DNA of 64,000 nucleotides from Myxococcota bacterium. GTDB lineage: Bacteria; Myxococcota_A; SURF-8. A model generated the notes under the pieces. It was not told the origin of the DNA. It ran no database searches and worked only from the letters and a program-made list of their open reading frames with translations. Position numbers and translations under genes: made by a program. The stretch spans positions 512,001 to 576,000 of the forward strand of contig OZ223209.1 in assembly GCA_965140415.1 (NCBI GenBank), written 5' to 3'. Positions 1 to 9,228 of this stretch are shown in pieces (within the stretch, counting starts at the first letter, position 1; each line of letters begins with the position of its first letter).

Positions 1-517
1 CTTCCAGCATTTCGCGGGTGGCTTTCCAACCGCCGCCGCTGGTGGCCTGATAAGTGCTGACGATCAAACGGGTCAGACGGGCGGCATCGTGCAGCGGCTT
101 TAATGCAACAAGCATCTGAATGGTGGAACAGTTCGGATTGGCAATGATTCCGTTATGTTCCGCGATTTTCTCCGGGTTGACTTCCGGTACGACCAGCGGA
201 ATTTCCGGATCGTAGCGAAACGCGCTGGTGTTATCGACCACCACGCAGCCTTCGCTTGCCGCCTGCGGAGCCGCCGTTTGCGATATGGATGCGCCGGCGG
301 AAAACAAACCAATATCCACTCCCTTGAAACAACCGGGTTTTATCGTTTGCAATGTAATGGATTCTCCCCTAAACTCGACTTGTTTCCCGGCGGAACGCTC
401 GGAGGCGAACAGCAGTAAATTCGAGATAGGGAAGTTTCTTTCCTGTAAAATTTGCAGCATGGTGCGTCCGACTGCGCCGGTTGCTCCAACGATTGCGACG
501 GTTTTGGGGGTAGACAT
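1..517 (-). CDS. asd: aspartate-semialdehyde dehydrogenase (5' part, runs off window)
   Basis: Manual translation from ATG at 517: MSTPKTVAIVGATGAVG...VVVDNTSAFRYDPEIPLVVPEVN...IIANPNCSTIQ...STYQATSGGG; GGAAAGGAG RBS upstream. Not in the ORF track. Confidence 0.95.
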   Translation of the reverse strand, partial: MSTPKTVAIVGATGAVGRTMLQILQERNFPISNLLLFASERSAGKQVEFRGESITLQTIKPGCFKGVDIGLFSAGASISQTAAPQAASEGCVVVDNTSAFRYDPEIPLVVPEVNPEKIAEHNGIIANPNCSTIQMLVALKPLHDAARLTRLIVSTYQATSGGGWKATREMLE

Positions 518-846
518 GGTACTCCTTTCCTCGGGTGTTGACGCCGTTTGTTGCTCACTGTGAACGGCTTATGCTCGAATTTCAACGAATTCCGATTGTC
601 ATAGTGATTCCGGTGGAATTCGCGGTTGTCGCCATACAAGCATGGAATAGTACATTGCCGCTTTCATATCATACTTGAGGTGCGGATTTCAAGAGGAATT
701 GATGCAATGCGTAAAGAGTTCACGGGGTAAATGAAAAGACAACTATCGCAATTCCATAAAGTTCTGGACAAGGTTTTCTCTCTTGGGTAGAATTTCCCAA
801 CCATTCTATGGTCTTTCTTATGAGTCCTTCTGAAAGTGTAGTAATC

Positions 847-2877
847 ATGGATGTTAAATGCCCGCGCTGCCAGGTTTCGTTCGATGGTGGAGATTTTCCT
901 CCGAGCGGAAAGAAACGTCTGACCTGCCCGATCTGCCGTACCTATTTCGAGGTGGCATACCAGGCCGAGATCCTTACGCCGGATTCCGGTGAATCCAAGC
1001 AGGAAGAAGAAGCCGTGCATGCGGCTCCGATCATCTCGGCCAAATCCAGCGACCAGGAGCAGGAAAAAGAGCAAAAGGAAGAGGCTGAGCGCAAGCGCAA
1101 GGAAGAGGAAGAAAAGAAGCAGAAGGAAGAGGCCGAGCGTAAGCGTAAGGAAGAGGAAGACAAAAAGCAGCAGGAAGAGGCCGAGCGTAAGCGTAAGGAA
1201 GAGGAAGACAAAAAGCAGCAGGAAGAGGCCGAACGCAAGCGCAAGGAAGAAGAAGAGAAGAAGCAGAAGGAAGAGGCCGAGCGCAAGCGCAAGGAAGAGG
1301 AAGAGAAGAAGCAAAAGGAAGAGGCCGAGCGCAAGCGCAAGGAAGAGGAAGACAAAAAGCAGAAGGAAGAAGCCGAGCGCAAGCGCAAGGAAGAAGAAGA
1401 GAAGAAGCAGAAGGAAGAGGCTGAGCGCAAGCGCAAGGAAGAGGAAGAAAAGAAGCAGAAGGACGAGGCCGAGCGCAAGCGCAAGGAAGAAGAAAAAAAG
1501 AAAAAGAATAAAAAGTCGAAGGGTAAAAAAGGGAAAGGCAAAGAACAGGCCATCGTTGAACCGGCCAAACCCAAACCCTCCGACGAGCCCAAAGTCGCTG
1601 CCAAGGAAGAGCCGAAATCGCAACCCAAGGGAAAACCCGGAGGGAAAGAGCACCATCATCTGGTAGGTGAGGAAGATCACGAAGCGGTTGCCGGTTTCTT
1701 CGATTCGAAGCCCAGCCTGGCCGATTACAAAAAAGACGTCGAACCGATTGATTTCTCCGATCTGGACAGCAAAGAGGAAAAGGGAAGTCGACAGCTTTTC
1801 TATATCGGAATCGTGGTCGCTTTGTTCATCGGTGTCGGAGCGACCTTATCGTGGTTTATTCACGACAACATCTCGCGTCGCAAACAGGTGAACGAAGGCG
1901 ACATGCTGTATGTGGAAGATCAGGCTGTCGATCAGCAGGAACAAGAACGTGATGCCATCGGCCTGAAAATCGATGAAACCAATAAGCCGCGTTCGCTGGG
2001 CGATCTGGGCACCGAGCAGCAGGCTGCCGAAGAAAATCAGGTGGCGGTTGTCGAGGCGACTGACGAAGTCGAGGAAACCGAGGCTGAGCGCTTGGCGCGT
2101 GAGAAGGTTGAAGCGATTGTTGCGGCCCAACAGGGAAGTCCTGGTGAAGATCCTGCTGCTGCCAACGCTGAACAGGAGAAGGCTGAACAGGAGCGCTTAG
2201 CTGCGGAAAAGGCCGAACAGGAACGGTTGGCGGCGGAAAAAGCGGAGCAAGATCAAAAAGCCGAGCAGGAACGCCTGGCCGCTGAGCAAGCGGAAAAGGA
2301 ACGCTTGGCAAAGGAAAAAGAAGAAGCCGAGCGCCTGGAGGCGCAACGTCAGCAGGAAGAACAACGTCGAGTAGATGAGGAGCGCAAGCGGCGTCAGCAG
2401 GAAGAGGCGCGTATCGCGAAACTGGAGCAGGAAAAACGCGCGCAACAGCAGCGCGAGCGTGAGCGGCTGGATGCGGAAAAGAAGAAGCGACTAGCCGAGG
2501 AAAAGAGACGGCAAGAAGCGGAGGCCAAGCGCCTTGCCGCTGCAAAACAGAAAAAAGCGAAGCAGAACAAAGCTCCCAAGAAAGTGGCCAAGAATGATTC
2601 CAAGGCATTGTCTCCGGCTGATCGTCGCAAGAAAGCGCTGGAACACTATAACAATGGAAACACGATGGTGCGGCAGAAGAAGTTCGGTCCCGCCATCGAT
2701 GAGTATCGGAAGTCGTTGCAATACAATCCGGGATTTGCCCAGGCGCATCGCGGATTGGGAATTTCGTATGCGTCGTTGGGCAACAGCAAGCAGGCCATTC
2801 AGGAGTATCGCCTGTACCTGAAAATGGCCCCCAATGCGCCGGACGCCGATCAAGTGCGCAAGATCCTTGGCGAGTAA
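847..2877 (+). CDS. membrane protein with N-terminal Zn-ribbon (MJ0042-like), charged single-helix repeats, one TM helix and C-terminal TPR
   Basis: CPRC...CPIC at the N-terminus; E/K/R repeats; TM LFYIGIVVALFIGVGATLSWFI; TPR ALEHYNNG...AQAHRGLGISYASLG...YLKMAPNAPDA. Start at 847 is inferred. Confidence 0.8.
   Translation: MDVKCPRCQVSFDGGDFPPSGKKRLTCPICRTYFEVAYQAEILTPDSGESKQEEEAVHAAPIISAKSSDQEQEKEQKEEAERKRKEEEEKKQKEEAERKRKEEEDKKQQEEAERKRKEEEDKKQQEEAERKRKEEEEKKQKEEAERKRKEEEEKKQKEEAERKRKEEEDKKQKEEAERKRKEEEEKKQKEEAERKRKEEEEKKQKDEAERKRKEEEKKKKNKKSKGKKGKGKEQAIVEPAKPKPSDEPKVAAKEEPKSQPKGKPGGKEHHHLVGEEDHEAVAGFFDSKPSLADYKKDVEPIDFSDLDSKEEKGSRQLFYIGIVVALFIGVGATLSWFIHDNISRRKQVNEGDMLYVEDQAVDQQEQERDAIGLKIDETNKPRSLGDLGTEQQAAEENQVAVVEATDEVEETEAERLAREKVEAIVAAQQGSPGEDPAAANAEQEKAEQERLAAEKAEQERLAAEKAEQDQKAEQERLAAEQAEKERLAKEKEEAERLEAQRQQEEQRRVDEERKRRQQEEARIAKLEQEKRAQQQRERERLDAEKKKRLAEEKRRQEAEAKRLAAAKQKKAKQNKAPKKVAKNDSKALSPADRRKKALEHYNNGNTMVRQKKFGPAIDEYRKSLQYNPGFAQAHRGLGISYASLGNSKQAIQEYRLYLKMAPNAPDADQVRKILGE
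1072..1503 (+). repeat. 9 x 48-bp coding tandem repeat (QKEEAERKRKEEEEKK)
   Basis: Directly visible in the DNA and the translation. Confidence 0.9.
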
Positions 2878-2902
2878 GCAAGCCAATCCAATTCGAAAAG
2901 TC

Positions 2903-3655
2903 ATGATGGGAGCCCGAAGTGTGGCTCCCATTTTTCGTTCCGGCATAAGCTGGTTTGGAGACAAAGCCGGAATGTTGTTGTTTCCGACTACCTGTCCAAG
3001 TTGCGGGCGTTTCCTCGTAACCCGACAAGGCTGGCCGGTTTGCGCGGAATGTGAGCGTTTGATCGAGGAACTGACGGAACCGCTTTGTCCGCGTTGCGGT
3101 CGCTCGGTCGTGGAAGAGGGGCTTTGTGAAATCTGCCTGGAAGATCGCACACCTGAACCGTTTTTTCCCATTCGTTCAATGGCTCACTATGCCGGACCAT
3201 TACGGGAAATGATTCTGGCAATCAAAAACGGCGAGCGCGAAGATATCGCTCCAATACTAGGAACGCGTTTGGAACTGCTATGCCGTCCGCTTTTGCAACC
3301 GGGCGAACGGGCAACCGTAGTGCCGGTACCACTATACAGAACCAGGATGTTGCAACGCGGTTTCAATTTGCCGGATATCCTGGCGCATCGGCTGGCCAAG
3401 GCGATTCACGGGCAGTATCGTCCCGGCTGGCTTAGGCGCATTCGGGATACGCCCTCGCAAAAAGGGCGCGGAGTGCAGCAACGCCTGGAGAATGTAAAGG
3501 GTGCCTTTGCTGCGGCTGAGAGCTTGTCCATTGAAGGGAAGTTGATTTTCCTGGTAGATGATGTCGCCACCAGCGGTGCAACCTTGGCCATGGCAGCCAA
3601 GCCGTTGTTGAAAGAAGGGGCGCGCGTGGTGGGTGTGACTTTGGCTCGCGCCTGA
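2903..3655 (+). CDS. comF: ComF family phosphoribosyltransferase-like protein with double Zn-ribbon
   Basis: FPTTCPSCG...CAEC...CPRCG...CEIC, VVPVPL...RGFN, RLENVKGAF, LVDDVATSGATL. Start uncertain. Confidence 0.88.
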   Translation: MMGARSVAPIFRSGISWFGDKAGMLLFPTTCPSCGRFLVTRQGWPVCAECERLIEELTEPLCPRCGRSVVEEGLCEICLEDRTPEPFFPIRSMAHYAGPLREMILAIKNGEREDIAPILGTRLELLCRPLLQPGERATVVPVPLYRTRMLQRGFNLPDILAHRLAKAIHGQYRPGWLRRIRDTPSQKGRGVQQRLENVKGAFAAAESLSIEGKLIFLVDDVATSGATLAMAAKPLLKEGARVVGVTLARA

Positions 3656-3828
3656 TATTGGTGTAACTAAATGATATTACAGAAGAATGAGGGTCAATTG
3701 CATAGGAAGCTACAGGAAAGCTGTCTTTTTCCCTTGACGTGCTTCGGTTCCAGTGATACCAAATTCGCTGTTAGATAGTGTGGATTTCATGTTGGCATGA
3801 ACATTTTTTTCCCTTAAAGGAGGATAAA

Positions 3829-4011
3829 ATGGCAACGGTGGTAGACGCGAGCTTGTGTGAAGGATGTGGATCTTGTGAAGCCGTGTGTCCGGCAGACCCC
3901 AACTGCTACGAAATGCAGGACGACGTTGCCGTCGTGGTGAGCCCGGATAGTTGCACCGAGTGCAGCGAGTGCGTGGACATTTGTCCGGTCGGCGCGATCA
4001 CCCTGGAGTAA
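3829..4011 (+). CDS. 2[4Fe-4S] ferredoxin
   Basis: CEGCGSCEAVCP and CTECSECVDICP motifs; AAGGAGG RBS. Confidence 0.93.
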   Translation: MATVVDASLCEGCGSCEAVCPADPNCYEMQDDVAVVVSPDSCTECSECVDICPVGAITLE

Positions 4012-4033
4012 ATTCCTCGACGATCCGAAAAAG

Positions 4034-4068
4034 AAAAGCCCGTTTCCGAGCATGGAAGCGGGCTTTTT
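4034..4068. terminator. bidirectional intrinsic terminator
   Basis: AAAAGCCCGTTTCC-gagcat-GGAAGCGGGCTTTTT between convergent genes. Confidence 0.8.
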
Positions 4069-4103
4069 GTGTGTAATGGGGAGATGAACTCCCCAATCGA
4101 TTC

Positions 4104-5597
4104 TTACTGATTTTCGCGCAATCCCTGTTCGATCAGGCTGACCAGATCTCCTGGCATGCACGCATTGTTGTCGCCGAAGTATTCGGTGACCGTCTCTTCG
4201 TCCATCAAACCCTTTTCAACGAAGCTCATCGGGTCCAGGCAAACCTGACCGTCCGCCGTGCGGCAGTCGCAGTCGGTGTCGCAGGGACGCAGGCAAAGCT
4301 TGAATAGTGAGAAGTCCGGACCGATGAAGCCTGCACCGACCGTAAAGCCGCCGACGCTTTCATCGCAGGCACCCAATCGGGAGCAGTAGCCGTTGGGAAC
4401 GACGATACCCGGTCCCAATAGCGGAGTCAGGGTTTCTTCATTCAAACACATGCCCGTTTCACACTCTGCACTTTCCGAACAGGCCGCACCGGCAAAGCCA
4501 TCTTCCGGCTGTGTACCGACGCCCTCGCATTGCAGGCTTTCCAGTTCGTATCCATAGGTGTATTCGCCGCTGGCGTCGCTTTCTTTGCTGTCCAGAATAA
4601 TGAAGTAGTCGCCGCTTTCCGTCGGGCGGAATTCCAACATTTCTTCTTCGCCCACGCCGGTTGCATCCACGATGGTTTCGCAACTGGCTTCGTCGTCACA
4701 ACTGGAGCGTAGCACGTAAATCATGGCATCGAAATTCGTGCCGGTGAAGGAAACCTTTAAGATGTCGCCATCGCCCAAGGGAAGTTTGAGAGCGATATCC
4801 GGTCCCTCGCCGAGATCGAATGGAATCGGCGCTTCGCCATCGGTTTCCGCATCGCCATCCGCGATAACGTCCCCATCCGTGCCGGCATCGCCGTCCACTG
4901 GGGCCGTGTCGCCGTCTGCAATGGCATCCCCGTCAACCTGGGTGTCACCATCGGCGATTGCGTCGCCGTCTACCGAGGAATCACCATCTGCAATGATGTC
5001 ACCATCGGTAATGGCATCGCCATCTACCTGGGTTGTGTCACCATCGGTAATGGCATCACCATCTACCGGGGTGTCACCATCGGCAATGATATCACCATCG
5101 GTGATCGCATCGCCGTCTACCGGAGAGTCGCCATCAGCACTGGCATCGCCATCGGTGATCGCATCGCCGTCAGCCGGAGCATCGCCATCAGCACTGGCAT
5201 CACCATCGGTGATCGCATCGCCATCAGCCGGAGCGTCGCCATCGGCTACTCTGCTTTGCAGGGCCAGCGTTTTCAGCGCGGCAATATTTACGCGGCGAGC
5301 GGCTGCGTTGGCATCCGGGGCGCAACTGGAGCCGGTGACTTCATTTGTTGCATCCCCCAGATCGCCGGTGTAGCTGTAGCTGGCTCCGCGACCATCGCTG
5401 CCATGATAGAACGGATCGGCGCAACTGCCGACGCCCTTGACAACCATGCCTGGATCCACCGTGTCGCCGTCCGATGGGGTTTCTTCGGCGGGAGGATCGG
5501 GAAACTGTCCGTAACCCTGAGAATCGCACCCGAGCATGAGCGAGCCCAAGAGAAAAAGAGCTACGATAATCACTGCTACCATTCGGTACACCTGCAT
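4104..5597 (-). CDS. lipoprotein with DGD-repeat linker, PPC-like beta domain and Cys-rich C-terminus
   Basis: Lipobox LMLGC; about 20 DGDxxx repeats; GPDIAL...FDAMIYVL...GDYFIILDS. Confidence 0.75.
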   Translation of the reverse strand: MQVYRMVAVIIVALFLLGSLMLGCDSQGYGQFPDPPAEETPSDGDTVDPGMVVKGVGSCADPFYHGSDGRGASYSYTGDLGDATNEVTGSSCAPDANAAARRVNIAALKTLALQSRVADGDAPADGDAITDGDASADGDAPADGDAITDGDASADGDSPVDGDAITDGDIIADGDTPVDGDAITDGDTTQVDGDAITDGDIIADGDSSVDGDAIADGDTQVDGDAIADGDTAPVDGDAGTDGDVIADGDAETDGEAPIPFDLGEGPDIALKLPLGDGDILKVSFTGTNFDAMIYVLRSSCDDEASCETIVDATGVGEEEMLEFRPTESGDYFIILDSKESDASGEYTYGYELESLQCEGVGTQPEDGFAGAACSESAECETGMCLNEETLTPLLGPGIVVPNGYCSRLGACDESVGGFTVGAGFIGPDFSLFKLCLRPCDTDCDCRTADGQVCLDPMSFVEKGLMDEETVTEYFGDNNACMPGDLVSLIEQGLRENQ

Positions 5598-5995
5598 GCT
5601 ATTCTCTCCCAAAACTATCAATACGTGAATGACGGTATGAGGCGGAACGCTCCGCCTAGCACTGCATACCATGCCCTAACGTCCTTGTCCATACCCGGAT
5701 GGAAATAGATGTATTTTTGAAATTCACGAGAATTCGTTGTAACGAGCGTTCGTGGACATTTCATGAATCCTCGATAGCGCAGTATAATAGTTCTTTCTTA
5801 TAGTGAGCAAGAAATTGTTTGCGCAAGCGATGCTATTCGAAAAGGGCGGCAAAGCGGCTATCCTTGACTTCAACGCCATTCAGCCGTAAAAAAGGGTTGA
5901 TCCCAATCTCTTGCTTGGGTAAAACAGAACGTTACTGCTTCGGGCGTTCGAAGCACCATGGGTTTTATCAGATCTTCAACGATTGGAGCATGTTT

Positions 5996-7189
5996 ATGCG
6001 AAATCTTACGATTCTTTTAATGATGTCGTTTTTATTTGTGGTTTACGGTTGCAGCAAAAGCGAAACACCTGCCGCCTCCGATACGGCGAAACCCGTTGTT
6101 GCCGAGCAGGCGCAAGCCAAAGTGGAAGCGCCCAAAGCCATCGAGCCGCCTCCCGCCGGTATGCTCTACCCGGCCAAACTCGACGATAGAAACTGGGGGT
6201 TCATCGATGCCACAGGCAATACGGTTATTGCTGCCAAATACCAGGGTTGTTTCCAGTTTCACGAAGGCTTGGCCATCGTCGTGCTCGCTGGAAAGTGGGG
6301 CTTCGTCAACTTGAAAGGTGAGGAAGTCGTGCCTTTGACCTATCGGCAGGCATTCTCTTTCTCAAACGGTTTGGCTCGCGTACGCACGGAAAGCGACAAA
6401 TGGGGATTCGTGGATAAAAGCGGTAAACTGGTGATTCCGGCCACTTACGACGAGGTGGAGGATTTCCACGATGGTCTGGCGCGGGTGCGCGTTGGCACGC
6501 AGTATGGTTTTATCAACACCAAAGGTGAACTGGCAATCCCAGCCAAGTTTGCGAGCGTGCATTCTTTCTCCGATGGTCTGGCCGTTTTCAAGGGCGGTTC
6601 GAAATGGGGATATATCAATAAAACCGGGAACGTTGCCATTGCGCCGCAGTTCGACTCTGCCGGAGATTTCGGCGAAGGGCTGGCTCCGGTCAATCAGGGT
6701 GCATTGCAGCATATCGGAAAACAAGGGCTTTCCGGCGGTAAGTGGGGATATGTTGATAAAAGCGGCAAACTGGTCGTTGCTGCCCAGTTCGACGAAGCCC
6801 GTTCCTTCAACAGCGGTCGCGCCTTGGTGCGCCAGGATATCGCATGGGGCGCCATCGATAAAACCGGGAAGCTGGTCATTCCGCCGCAATTCGACAAGGC
6901 CAATGATTTCAGCGAGGGAATGGCGGCGGTGCTAATCGGCGCGGAACGCGATGAATACGGAAACATCCGCGACCGTCAGGTCATGAAGAAAGTCGGCGAC
7001 CAGATGGTGCCGATCGTGCGCAGTACCGGTAGCTGGGGTTATACCGATGTCGCTGGAAACGTGGTGGTGCCGCCGCAGTTCGACGCGATCTTCCCCTTCG
7101 AAAACGGTCTTGCGCGCGTACATCTGGAAACCAGTTGGGGATACATCGACAAAGCCGGAACCTTTATCTGGCAGGCGCAAAATCTGTAA
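5996..7189 (+). CDS. WG-repeat (KWG-type) lipoprotein
   Basis: Lipobox VVYGC; repeated KWGF(I/V)DKSG...F.EGLA.V units. Confidence 0.88.
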   Translation: MRNLTILLMMSFLFVVYGCSKSETPAASDTAKPVVAEQAQAKVEAPKAIEPPPAGMLYPAKLDDRNWGFIDATGNTVIAAKYQGCFQFHEGLAIVVLAGKWGFVNLKGEEVVPLTYRQAFSFSNGLARVRTESDKWGFVDKSGKLVIPATYDEVEDFHDGLARVRVGTQYGFINTKGELAIPAKFASVHSFSDGLAVFKGGSKWGYINKTGNVAIAPQFDSAGDFGEGLAPVNQGALQHIGKQGLSGGKWGYVDKSGKLVVAAQFDEARSFNSGRALVRQDIAWGAIDKTGKLVIPPQFDKANDFSEGMAAVLIGAERDEYGNIRDRQVMKKVGDQMVPIVRSTGSWGYTDVAGNVVVPPQFDAIFPFENGLARVHLETSWGYIDKAGTFIWQAQNL

Positions 7190-7222
7190 TCCGAATCACA
7201 TCTTGTTATCGAGGAGGTCGCA

Positions 7223-8791
7223 ATGACGGATCTACAACGTGAGGTGTTCGATCGTTTGGCCCCGATTTCCTTGCAGGCGGAAATGAATCGACTTTCCGAA
7301 GGCGTGCGCGAGTCCCTGCCTTTTCTGGCTCAGGCGCTCTCCGGTATTGACGTTCTGTTCCGTCGCCAACTCGGTGATCATGTGGTTCAATTGGCCGAGC
7401 AATTTACACAAAACGACGAGTGGAACAGCTTAAACGGGCGCGCTTTCCGCTATTTCAACGGGCCTTACAATCATCTGGCGGGCGGCAAGCCGTTCATCGA
7501 AAACGTTCCACCATTGAAAGCGGGAAAAGCCTTGTATCCAAGCGACCTTACGGAAGCTGAACTGGATACGTACCTGGAAGTGCATCCGGATAAACGCGCC
7601 GAGTTGCTTTCCCCTTACACGGTTGTCAAACGCCAGGGCGAGGATCTGATCGCCGTTGCCTATCACGAGCATTTCGCCTCCGATCTCAAACCGGTGGTTG
7701 CGGCGCTATTGGAAGCGGCGGAAAAGATCGATCACGCGGGATTGCAGCAATTCGTTCGAAATCGTGCGAAAGCGCTAGCGGGTGACTACGACCTGTTGGA
7801 ATCGGATGCCGACTGGGTGCGTTTGACCGATACGCCGCTGGAACTGGTAATCGGTCCCTTTGAAGTCTATGAAGATGGCTTAAAGGGTGTCAAAGCCTTT
7901 TACGAAGCGATGCTGTTGATGGTCGATGTAAAAGCCTGCGAAGCCTTGGCGCAGATCGAAAAATCCTTACCCGAACTGCATAACAGTTTCCCCTGTCCCG
8001 GTGGAGCGCGTCCGGCGGTGGGTGGTATGGCACCGATGATCGTGGCCGATGAGTTGCTTACCGCGGGAGAGGGACGTTCCAGCATCATGGCGGCAGCTTT
8101 CAATTTGCCTAACGACGCCGGTGTGCGGGGACGAGTCGGCTGGAAGCAGATCATGATTCGCAACGTCATGCAGGCCAAGTTCAACGCTTGTACACGCCCG
8201 ATCGCCCAGCGGGTGCTCTCGGCGCAGGACGTGCAGTATGCTTCTTTCGAGTCGTTCTTTTTCCACGTTCTATTACACGAAATCAGTCATGGCCTGGGAC
8301 CGGCCTATCGCGCAGACGGTCGGGGGGTCAACGAAGCCTGCGGCAAGCACTACACTCCCTTGGAAGAAGCCAAAGCCGATACCGGGGCACTGTATCTGCT
8401 GCTGAAACACTCCGGCAAGTTCGGCCTGCCCGACTTCGATACGCGCACTATCGGTGTCTCCTACTTTGCGGGATTGCATCGTTCCGTCCGTTTCGGGCTG
8501 CATGAAGCGCACGGAAAAGCCAACGTGATCCAGTATGCCTACCTGCGGGAAAAGGGAGCGTTTGTGGAAAAAGGCGATGGCCTGGGCGTGTCGCCGGAGA
8601 GGCTGCTGGGAGCCACGGAGCAACTGTTACAGGAACTGACACTGTTACAAGCCACGGGCAGCGATCAGCAACTTGCGGACTTCCTGGAGCGCTATGGTCG
8701 CCCGCCGGTGGAATTGGAAAACAGCATTGCCCGACTGGCGGATCTTCCGATTGATATTCTGCCGACATTTCCGTTGAAGCCGGTGTCGTAA
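7223..8791 (+). CDS. Zn-dependent peptidase family M49 (DPP III-like)
   Basis: IGPFEVYED, AFNLPND, HEISHGLGP and LEEAKAD motifs; GAGGAGG RBS. Confidence 0.85.
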   Translation: MTDLQREVFDRLAPISLQAEMNRLSEGVRESLPFLAQALSGIDVLFRRQLGDHVVQLAEQFTQNDEWNSLNGRAFRYFNGPYNHLAGGKPFIENVPPLKAGKALYPSDLTEAELDTYLEVHPDKRAELLSPYTVVKRQGEDLIAVAYHEHFASDLKPVVAALLEAAEKIDHAGLQQFVRNRAKALAGDYDLLESDADWVRLTDTPLELVIGPFEVYEDGLKGVKAFYEAMLLMVDVKACEALAQIEKSLPELHNSFPCPGGARPAVGGMAPMIVADELLTAGEGRSSIMAAAFNLPNDAGVRGRVGWKQIMIRNVMQAKFNACTRPIAQRVLSAQDVQYASFESFFFHVLLHEISHGLGPAYRADGRGVNEACGKHYTPLEEAKADTGALYLLLKHSGKFGLPDFDTRTIGVSYFAGLHRSVRFGLHEAHGKANVIQYAYLREKGAFVEKGDGLGVSPERLLGATEQLLQELTLLQATGSDQQLADFLERYGRPPVELENSIARLADLPIDILPTFPLKPVS

Positions 8792-8967
8792 CATATCGGA
8801 ACTATAAGGGAATCCTGTTTCTGTGGCACTCGACCATTCCGTGGTGTCACAGGTTGCCAATCCGAATTCACATTCCAGACAATCGAGGTGGGATTTTGCA
8901 GCAATCTGCACGTTTGCCACCTTGCTTTTCGATGGCTTTGACCTGTCGTCTTTCACTACCAATTAAT

Positions 8968-8995
8968 TTGACAAACCCCCGATTAATGGTAGCTT
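8968..8995 (+). promoter_or_regulatory. putative sigma70 promoter for the giant TPR gene
   Basis: TTGACA-16 bp-TAGCTT with TG extension. Confidence 0.35.
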
Positions 8996-9228
8996 ATTGG
9001 CTGTTCAACAAGGCTTTCAAAACGACCCAACTCGATTCCGGTAAATGCTCAATGCGCTCTATTTTGGTGCGATTGTCAGTAACAATACAGTGTTCACTTG
9101 CTAAAGTGATCTTTCCGTAAGTGGTTGTCGACGTGGTCAACGATCGAGCAACAGTTTACCGACTTTTCTTTGGGGGCAACCGCAGCCAGTCTGCGGGTAT
9201 GAGTCCCAGGACATGAAAGGGTGGCGGT

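Noticed and set aside
1072-1503. Regular repeats resembling a CRISPR array (also the DGD arrays near 5000 and 52500)
   Set aside because: In-frame coding tandem repeats with no unique spacers and no cas genes.
664-1680. 338-aa Leu/Phe-rich minus-strand ORF (and overlapping Ser- or Arg-rich ORFs)
   Set aside because: Shadow frames of the 48-bp E/K repeat in the real plus-strand gene.
2903-3655. comF as part of the GTA system (ComF aids GTA DNA uptake in Rhodobacter)
   Set aside because: 20 kb away and near-universal in bacteria; no evidence of linkage.
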